IMG/VR virus record: IMGVR_UViG_3300033076_000428
Span: 1-37,504 of that record
DNA length: 37,504 nucleotides
Source of the DNA: a virus
Lineage: Duplodnaviria; Caudoviricetes
Strand: one strand, 5' to 3'
Shown here: piece by piece, positions 23,675 through 31,700 of the stretch
How the letters are laid out: each line of letters starts with the position of its first letter
Numbering within the stretch: position 1 is the first letter of the stretch
Translations under genes and position numbers: made by a program
Notes under the pieces: model-generated
Seen by the model: the letters and a program-made list of their open reading frames with translations, nothing else
The model's database searches: none
What the model was told of the DNA's origin: nothing

Positions 23675-24631
23675 TTAGTAAACGAAGTTACCCGATGAGG
23701 TGAACTTGTGATAGAAGTAGCCACCAGACGAATACACCGTGCCGCCCGTGGCAAGCTGCGTGGCCGACTTGTATCGAATGATCACGATGCCAGACCCGCC
23801 AGCAGCGCCGTTTGTCGAGTTGTTCCAGCAGCCGCCACCACCGCCGCCACCCATGTTGGCAGAGCCTGCTGTGGGCTGGGTTGTGGGGTAGGTGTAGTCA
23901 GCGCCTCCGTTGCCGCCACCACCGTTACCACCGACAGGAACAAAGCCAGCGCCGTTTGCGTTCATCGCGCCAGCGCCGCCGCCTGCAATATATCCACCAG
24001 AGCCAGCGCCAACGACAGACAGCCATGCAGAGTATGCGTTTGACCCATGACCACCAGACTGGGGTGAGCCAGAAGATGCTTGGAAGCCAGCAGTGCCAGC
24101 GCCGCCACCGCCACCAGCGGCAATCGCGTCACGACCGACAGAGCCGTTGTTGCCTTGGCCTGCCGTGCCAGTGCCGCCAGCGTTGCCGAATCCTTGTGCT
24201 CCACCGCCAGAGCCGCCGTTGTGACCACCGCCACCACCACCACCACCACCGCCGACAGCAGTATTGCCCTTAAAAGTTGAGGCCACGCCGTCCCCGCTGT
24301 TGGCAGCTCCAGCACCGCCAACAACCACTGGGTAAGTCACGCCGCTTCCTGTCACGTTGGCCGTACCGTAAAGCAAGCCACCAGCGCCACCACCGCCACC
24401 GTAGTAGTACGCACCACCGCCGCCACCGCCTGCAACAAGGATGAACTCAAGCTGCGGCAATAGACGTTTGCTGTAGAACTGATCCATTCCAAGGTCGGTG
24501 TTTGTAAACGTGCCTGCACCGCCTGCATCGGTGTACCAAGCGCTGCCCTTGTATGGGCTCATGTTTGTGCCTCGACCAAACTCAGTGTTGATCGTTGTCA
24601 TATCGAGTTGACCAGTTGCAGGTAGTGTCAT
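23675..24631 (-). CDS. Glycine-rich tail adhesin-like protein
   Basis: Polyglycine GGGGG repeats, GGSGIVIIRY, HKFTSSGNF end. Confidence 0.8.
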   Translation of the reverse strand: MTLPATGQLDMTTINTEFGRGTNMSPYKGSAWYTDAGGAGTFTNTDLGMDQFYSKRLLPQLEFILVAGGGGGGAYYYGGGGGAGGLLYGTANVTGSGVTYPVVVGGAGAANSGDGVASTFKGNTAVGGGGGGGGGGHNGGSGGGAQGFGNAGGTGTAGQGNNGSVGRDAIAAGGGGGAGTAGFQASSGSPQSGGHGSNAYSAWLSVVGAGSGGYIAGGGAGAMNANGAGFVPVGGNGGGGNGGADYTYPTTQPTAGSANMGGGGGGGCWNNSTNGAAGGSGIVIIRYKSATQLATGGTVYSSGGYFYHKFTSSGNFVY

Positions 24632-24633
24632 GC

Positions 24634-26292
24634 TTACACCGTTCCGTATGCTGTGACGTTACCTGCCACAGTCAAATTTCCAAAACCGTCGATCTTGAAT
24701 TTGTTTGTGCCGCTGTATTTGAAATACAAGACACCGCCGCTTTCAACGACAGACCAAGCGCTCAGACCCAAGTTGGCAGCAGCAGCGCCAGCAGCCATCT
24801 TTGCTGCGGTCACAGTGCCATCGCTTGGTGTGCCGATTGCGAGAGGCGTGCCGTACACAACCTCGATGTTGCTTGTGCCAGCGGGAGGTGCAGCATTGAA
24901 TGTCAGCGTTGTGCCGCTGACAGAGTACTGGCTCTTCTGCTGATACACGCCGCCAATCGAGACGTAGGTGTTGTTCTTGGTGCTTGGGTCAGCGGTCAGA
25001 GTGAAAGCTGTGGTGCTTCCGTTGCCGCTGAATACATCGACGTTGACGTTGGTCGCGCCAAGGCCAGACTGCGATGCAAACCATGTGTTGGTTTCAAAGT
25101 CGGCAACGAAGACGACCTGCGAATACTGCGAGCCGATCTGCGCTGTTGTGCCGCCGTTGATGGTGTCGCTGCCAGAACGGTTGATGTTCACAGCGTTGCC
25201 GTCAGCAGTCCACTTGACGATGGACACTTTGAAGCCGTCAGTCACCGTGCTGATCTGAGGCAGGGTGAACGTGATCGCGCCGCTGCCAGTGTTGGCGCGG
25301 AAGAGAGTGCCACCATCGGCGGCAACGATTGTGTAGTTGGCTGATTTGTCCAGCACCTGACGGTACAAGCCAGAGGCAGCAGCAGCAGCAGCGGCAGCAG
25401 CAGAGGCAGATGCAGCGGTAGCGCTCGATGCAGCGTTGGTCGCAGATGTGCTGGCACTCGATGCACTCGACGCAGCGTTGGTGGCCGAAGTCGATGCGTT
25501 GTCTGCCTGCGTGGTTGCAGTGCTGGCGCTGGCCGAAGCGCTCGATGCGCTCGACGCTGCGTTTGTTGCGCTTGTCGCAGCGGATGCTGCGGAAGCAGAA
25601 GCAGCAGCGGCAGAAGAAGCTGCACTTGCTGCATCAACGATCAACGCCCACTTTGCGGCATCGGTGTTGGTGCTGATTGGCTGCGCGCCGCTTGATGTGT
25701 GCGCGACCACGCAAATGTAAATGTTGTTGTTGCTTGTGTCTTTGATGAAGTCGCGCTGCGCGTATGCCACGCCAGCAGACCAGTTGCCACGATATGTGCC
25801 AAGCTCCTGCGTGACTGTCAGCTCGCCGTTTGCATCGAAGCCCAGCACCTTGTTGGCACGCGACGATGCGCCGACCGTGAACTCGGTCGAGGTCATGGTG
25901 TTGGTCAGCGACAGCTTGATGGCGCGATTGATCTGCTCTTGGAGCTGCTGCACTTCCATCGTGAGCTGATCGAGTGCTTGCTCATGCGTTTGAGCAGGGA
26001 AGGGGTCGTTGGGTTGATAATCAACGAGCTGGGTCTGGGGCACGTTGCGTGCGATCACCAAAGTCTGGCCCGATGCTGGGGCCACGGTCATTGTCACCGT
26101 GCCGCCAGAGCTGACACCAGCGCCAGTGACGTTGTAGTCAGTGCCAAGCGTTTGGACGGTTTCCGTGCCGTCTGCTGCGCGCAGCACCACCTTGATGTGG
26201 TTGGTCTGGAGGAAATAGAAATTGACGGCAAACGCAACGGTCGAGCCGTTGCCTGCGTAGCTGAGTTTTGATGTGGTGGTTGAGACGGTCAA
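24634..26292 (-). CDS. Main tail fibre with a T7 gp17-like N-terminal adaptor (TTG start)
   Basis: YAGNGSTVAF...RNVPQTQLVDY...HEQALDQLTM.VQQL; AGGAG RBS; Ala/Ser shaft. Confidence 0.88.
   Translation of the reverse strand: MTVSTTTSKLSYAGNGSTVAFAVNFYFLQTNHIKVVLRAADGTETVQTLGTDYNVTGAGVSSGGTVTMTVAPASGQTLVIARNVPQTQLVDYQPNDPFPAQTHEQALDQLTMEVQQLQEQINRAIKLSLTNTMTSTEFTVGASSRANKVLGFDANGELTVTQELGTYRGNWSAGVAYAQRDFIKDTSNNNIYICVVAHTSSGAQPISTNTDAAKWALIVDAASAASSAAAASASAASAATSATNAASSASSASASASTATTQADNASTSATNAASSASSASTSATNAASSATAASASAAAAAAAAASGLYRQVLDKSANYTIVAADGGTLFRANTGSGAITFTLPQISTVTDGFKVSIVKWTADGNAVNINRSGSDTINGGTTAQIGSQYSQVVFVADFETNTWFASQSGLGATNVNVDVFSGNGSTTAFTLTADPSTKNNTYVSIGGVYQQKSQYSVSGTTLTFNAAPPAGTSNIEVVYGTPLAIGTPSDGTVTAAKMAAGAAAANLGLSAWSVVESGGVLYFKYSGTNKFKIDGFGNLTVAGNVTAYGTV
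25370..25632 (-). repeat. Ala/Ser-rich repeat (ATNAASSASSA) in the fibre shaft
   Basis: Three imperfect TSATNAASSA units and a poly-Ala run. Confidence 0.8.
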
Positions 26293-26301
26293 GATGGACT
26301 C

Positions 26302-28755
26302 CTATCGAACGACCTCGGAGGGTCGCAGCAGAAAAGTTTGGGCGTTATCCTTTTCTACCCTTCTCTCCATCCTGCGCAGGTAGCCAGAGTTCATGGCCTC
26401 CTGCATGCGATAAATTATAAGGTAGTCAAGTGCCATGCGGGTGTAGAAGAGGTTGAGGAAAGGCGTGTGGTCGATGGCCTTTTTCAATGCCTGTGCTGCC
26501 ACATCATCACCCTGCAATGCCTTGTGGTAGAGATCGACCATGTCGCTCACCATTGCAGGCACGGGGCCGACAAGCAGGTCTGAAAACTTGCCGCCGAAAC
26601 GGTTGGCCTCGCCAAACAGGAAGTCACCCCAAATGCCCATGCCGCCGCCTTGCAGCATTGCGGCCTGCCATGTTTTCAGCTCCATCGGGTCGCGTGGCGT
26701 GCGGCCCTTCGCCAAGTCCTTGAGCGACATCGAGGCGTAGCCTGCCAGCGTAGACCACAGGATCACGTTTGCCAGACCCTGCATCTCGCCGTTGCCGTTG
26801 CGCAGCGCGCCAGCGATGCCAGCAAAGCCAGACTCACCCTCGTAGCCACGGCCATACAGCTCACGGCCCATGACCTTTTGCATGTACGCGCCAGTGAAGG
26901 ACTTGAACTGCATCATGAAGCGCGTGAACTCGCCTGTGACCGTGCCTGCCTGAGTGCCTTGCAGCAGCAGCGCCTTGGTCTTCGCGTCAGGCTCGAGCGC
27001 GGCAAACGATGTGCGGTCGATGAAGTAGGTCTTGAGCTTGTCGGCCACGGCAGCATCGGCCACATGCTCTGGCGTGATGTAGTCGTTGCCGTCGATGTGC
27101 TTCTTGTTCGATGCGCGGATGGTGTCCCATTCCTTCGCGCCGATCTCGTACAGGCCAAGCGTGCGGCGCAGCTCGTCGCTCAGTGCATTCCACTCGAGCG
27201 ATGCGTTTTGCGCGAGGTAATGCGAAAAGCCCAGCACCGCAGACGCACGGAATTTCTCTGTCCAGAACTGAGAGAGGTTGAGCTTCATGAACAAGCGCAT
27301 GGCCTTGCTCATCGAGCCAGCCTCTTGCAGCGAACCCATCGCACCAAGCTCGCCAGCGAGGTTGTCCACTGCCACGCCAAGCGAGGCGAGGAGTTGGCGA
27401 CGATCCTCTTGCTTGAGGTTTGTGCCCAAGCCAGTGACGGCATCGGACATGCCCGAGAAGAAGCTGCGGCCTTGGTACTTCATCTCGCTGCCGAACACCG
27501 CGATGTCGTTGAGCTGCGAGAAGATCATGCCACCGAGCTTTGCCATCGTCTCCCATGCGCGGAAGGCTGCACCACGGCGCGCCCAGATTTCATTGGCAGC
27601 GATGTCGGCGCGGCCATCCACGGCCTTGAGGTAGGTGTCGGCCATGCCGTTGGGGGTGGTGAACTCGCGCAGGCGGTCGCGGTTGGCAACATCGCCCTTG
27701 TTCATGGCGGCTTGATCGAGATCGTTGACGATGGTGCGCAGCATGGCCTCTGGGTTTGATCCCAGCACCTGCATCAAGCCCGTGGCCTTGGCACGTTGGG
27801 CCAGACCGCCGACGAAGGCTTCGCGCAGGTTGCCGCTGCCGTACTTCTCGTTGTAGTCGAACCACGCATCAGCGTCCTTGAAGAACACCTCGCGCTGCTG
27901 GCTGATCTTCTTGGCAAGGTTGCTTGGCCCTTTGAGGCCAGCCATCTCGTCGTCAGGGATTGGCTTGAGGTGCTGGCCCGAGGCAAAGTCGCTGTACAGC
28001 TTCGAGAGGATGTAGTCGATGCCTTCACCAGACAGGCTCATTTGATCAAGGTCAAAGAAGCGTTCAGCGTCAGCCTTCCACTGCTTCTCGCCTGCGGCCA
28101 TGATCTTGGCGCGGTCGTGGCTCTGCTTGACGATGTAGCCCTTGGCCTCTCTGATCCATGCGCCAGCTTCGTTGGCATCGGTGCGGCCAACCTCCTGCCA
28201 CTTGTGCAGCACCTGCGCGATCTGGACGGCCTCCTGCGGCAAGTCGCCAAGACGCTTGGCCTCGTCCTTCTTGCCCATCGACCACAGCGCACGCGAGACA
28301 TCGCGGTCGAGCGCACCGCTGGTGAACAGCGACAGGTGGCCCGTGGCCTCGAGGTCGTAGGTCAGGCCAGCCATGTAGGTCTTGACCAGCTTGTCTTGGG
28401 TCTGGGCGGCGCTCATGCGTGCGCCTGTCTTGGCGCGGTTCACGCCCACCAGCATGGCCTCAATGCCCTCGGCAAAGTTGTTGCCGAAGTTGGCCTGCAC
28501 CCATGACACCTTCTCGACGCGCTTGATCATGTTCATCGCGGCTTGGCGGCGCTCGATGACGGCTGACATCTCGATGGTGTTGGCAAGCTCCTGCGCGGCC
28601 ATGAGGGTGGCCTCGCGGTCGTCGTTGGCTAGGCCTTTGAGCTTGAAGAAGCGCTCGCGTGCTTGCAGTGATTGCAGCATCACGAGCATTTCGTCATCAG
28701 ACAGTTCGCGGCCAGCGGCCTTGTTGATGACGTTGATGCAATTTTCGTAGGCCAT
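26302..28755 (-). CDS. Internal virion (ejectosome) protein, 817 aa
   Basis: C...I.KAAGRELSDDE N-terminus and QFKSF, GG.GI.GDFL, TPF.NLFY.R C-terminal motifs typical of BPP-1/epsilon15-like core proteins. Confidence 0.8.
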   Translation of the reverse strand: MAYENCINVINKAAGRELSDDEMLVMLQSLQARERFFKLKGLANDDREATLMAAQELANTIEMSAVIERRQAAMNMIKRVEKVSWVQANFGNNFAEGIEAMLVGVNRAKTGARMSAAQTQDKLVKTYMAGLTYDLEATGHLSLFTSGALDRDVSRALWSMGKKDEAKRLGDLPQEAVQIAQVLHKWQEVGRTDANEAGAWIREAKGYIVKQSHDRAKIMAAGEKQWKADAERFFDLDQMSLSGEGIDYILSKLYSDFASGQHLKPIPDDEMAGLKGPSNLAKKISQQREVFFKDADAWFDYNEKYGSGNLREAFVGGLAQRAKATGLMQVLGSNPEAMLRTIVNDLDQAAMNKGDVANRDRLREFTTPNGMADTYLKAVDGRADIAANEIWARRGAAFRAWETMAKLGGMIFSQLNDIAVFGSEMKYQGRSFFSGMSDAVTGLGTNLKQEDRRQLLASLGVAVDNLAGELGAMGSLQEAGSMSKAMRLFMKLNLSQFWTEKFRASAVLGFSHYLAQNASLEWNALSDELRRTLGLYEIGAKEWDTIRASNKKHIDGNDYITPEHVADAAVADKLKTYFIDRTSFAALEPDAKTKALLLQGTQAGTVTGEFTRFMMQFKSFTGAYMQKVMGRELYGRGYEGESGFAGIAGALRNGNGEMQGLANVILWSTLAGYASMSLKDLAKGRTPRDPMELKTWQAAMLQGGGMGIWGDFLFGEANRFGGKFSDLLVGPVPAMVSDMVDLYHKALQGDDVAAQALKKAIDHTPFLNLFYTRMALDYLIIYRMQEAMNSGYLRRMERRVEKDNAQTFLLRPSEVVR

Positions 28756-28757
28756 GA

Positions 28758-31700
28758 TCAGTTCCTCAAACCGCAGACGGCTGCGGCGTTCACGGCCTCA
28801 CCTAGTCCTTGTGCGTCTTTGACACCTTCGTCGAAGGCTTTGGTGATGGACTTTACCTCATCGACCAGCTTGGCATGGAACTCAGCATCAGCGATGCGGC
28901 CCAGCTCGCTGCGGGTCAATCCGAGGTTCAGGAGTTCTGTGTCTGAGAGCTGCCCGATTGTGGCAGCGAGCTGTCGAAGCTCTGATCCCACAGGTGCGCC
29001 AGACTGTCCTTGATCCCCTTCATTCGCTCGGGTGTCAGGCTCTCCAGACCGCCCTCCGCGAGCTGTACGTCGATTAGACGGTTCAGCAGAGTGCGCTGCG
29101 GCGAGGACATGGTCAGCAGCTCCTTCTGGTCGAAGACCTGCAAAATCGCCTGAGAGATAGCGTTCTGCGAATCCTGCGCGTTGTTCATCTTTGCCACTCC
29201 ATTTCAGCGTCACCAGTTGAGGCTCTGGCTCGCCTTCTTTCCATCCGTTGCGCTTGAAATACTCGAGCGCATCAGCCCTGTTTGCCTTGCCGCCGAGGTC
29301 GGCTTTCTTGGCCTTGTCGACCTCAAAACCCAGCGCCTTGAGCAGTTCCACGGTGCGGCCCATTGGGTGGCCCACTGTAGGCACTGCCAGCACCTCGGCA
29401 TGTGTTGCGCCTTCCGCAACAGCTTTTGCGATTGTAGCACCGCCGTAGCCTTTTGCACCCACTTCGTTGTTCAGCCAAGAATCCAATACCACCCGCTTTT
29501 CCTCGCGGCGCAGGCTGAAATAGATACGGCTGGCTGGGCCTTCCTTGGCTCCATCGTCGAGCTGGTAGATGGTGCGGGTCTTGGCTCTGACTTGGTCGAC
29601 GATCTCCTTGGCCTCGAGGCGCGGCATGATGGCCGAGGCCTGCGAGCGCTGCATCTCGTGCCAGAACTCGGTCGGGCTGGCGCTGCGCATGCCACCTTTG
29701 CCAAACGTCTCAGAGGTGGCCCAGCGGTCGTTCATGGTGGCCGACACCAGCTTGGCTTGGCGAGGGGTCAGGTTGCCGCTGTTGAGGTTGCCAATGCGCT
29801 GGACGAGGTCGGCGGTCACCTCGACCATCGGCTTGCCCAGCTCAAAGGCGCGGCGGGTGTTGATCTTCTCGGCAGGCGTGCCACGGGCGATGGCATCGGC
29901 GTGGGCCTTTGCCAGCCAGTCCTGCCACAGCAGCTCGTAGTTCACGGGCGTGGACAGCTTGCCCACGACTTCACCTTTCATGCCCAGTGGGTAGTCAGGG
30001 TGAAGCTGTGTGCCGTCCTCACCCAAGGTGATGAATGGGTTTTCGCGGTTGAGCTTTACCACCAGCACGCCATCGCCCCAGCGGTTGCCTGCGTACTCAG
30101 GCTCGACGGTGGCATCGAGGATTTTCTGGAAGTTGGGCGCACCCATGTCGCTTGCCTTGACCGACGACAGGATGGTTGCCACGCGCTTGCGAGCCTCGAA
30201 CGAGATGCTGTCGAGGTAGCTGATCGCCTTCTCGCTGTCCTCGAGGCTTGGGAACTTGCTCAGTGCCTCGGCCACATTGGGGTCGGCTTCTTTGGTGGTG
30301 CGGATCAGGTTGGTCAGGTCGGCTGCAGACTTCTTGCTCAGACGGCGGTCGCGCAGGTAGGCCTCGAGCTGGCCGATCATGGCGTTGGACACGGTCGTGT
30401 TGGACTGGTGCATGTCGGGCGAACCCAGCACCACCATCATGTACTCCGCGCCTTCATCCATCTTGCCCTTCTTGAGCGATGTGACCGACTTGCCACGGTT
30501 GGCCCACACCACGCCTGCGTCCATGTTGGACTCGCGCAGGGGGAAGTTGGGGCCACCGAGCAGGGGCACAGCGGCCTCGAGCTTGGAGCCGTCGATGCCA
30601 GTGAACAAAGCGCCAGCCTTGGTGCGGTCAGCGATGGTCGGGATGATGCGCTTGCCGATCAAGTCCTTGAGCGTGATCATGGGGATGCGCTCAGAGGTCA
30701 CGATCTGATCGAGAGGCGCAACCTCTCTGACATCGCCGCCTTGGGCTTCGATGGCCTGCTTCGCGCCACGGGCGTAGCTGATCTCTGGGTTGTTCGGATC
30801 GAAGCTGCCCTTGTTGAACACAGACTTGATCTGCGCAGGGTCGTACACGGCGAGGTTCTTCTCCTTGCCCTCTTTGACGTAGAAGCCATCAAAGCCAGCG
30901 GCCTTGATAGCGTCCTGCGTTGTCATCTTCTCGATCTCTTCCCAGTTGCCACGCTCGATGAAGCCCTTGGCTTTTTCGCCTCGAGGGTCACCCCATGCGT
31001 TTGTCGACTTGTTCAATTCAGCAACCACTGCGGCAACATGCTGCGGGTTCTCGTAGTCGAATGGTCGTTGTGCGCTGACGTACACGGGCAGGATGTTGGG
31101 GCCAGACGGCATTTGCTCGGCCAGCGCCTTGTTGAACAGGCTGCGTGCCTTGATGTTGGTCAGACGGTCGCCAACGCGCATCTCGTGCGCCAGCATGTCG
31201 GCCTTGTCTGGATCGTTGGCGAACTCTTCACGGATGTAGCGTTCGGCTGCATCCTGCGCGGCCTTGAACTGCTCGCGGGTCAGAATTTCCTCGTGGTGTT
31301 CGACCATCCAGTCCTTGGACATCTCGGTGAAGTCGTCGGCAAACTTTGGGTCTTTGGTCACAAAGATCGCGCCAGCTTGCTTGCCACGGAATGCGTGAAT
31401 GTCCTGCGCCGTGCCGTGGTACATCACCAGCGGCTTGCCGTTCTCGTCGACGATCTGGCTGCTGCCAAACCATTGCTTGAATGCGGCGGTCTTGGTGATG
31501 TCCTTGGCGGCGTTGCTGTACATCATGCCATTGGCCGCAGCCTCGGCGCTCGATACCTTCTTGAGCGCGGCCACAGCCATCTGGCCGATGTCATCGGGCG
31601 ACAGGTTGCCAAACGACCCGTTGGTCACGCGATAGATGAAGGCCTTGATCGCGGCCATGATGCGCTTGACCAGTGGCAGCTCTTTGTGGTTCTGCACCAG

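Noticed and set aside
23810-24440. CCA/CCG-rich repeats as a DNA repeat element
   Set aside because: They simply encode the polyglycine tracts of the adhesin
22196-26292. Diversity-generating retroelement as in BPP-1
   Set aside because: No reverse transcriptase or Avd gene and no adenine-variant TR/VR repeat pair seen
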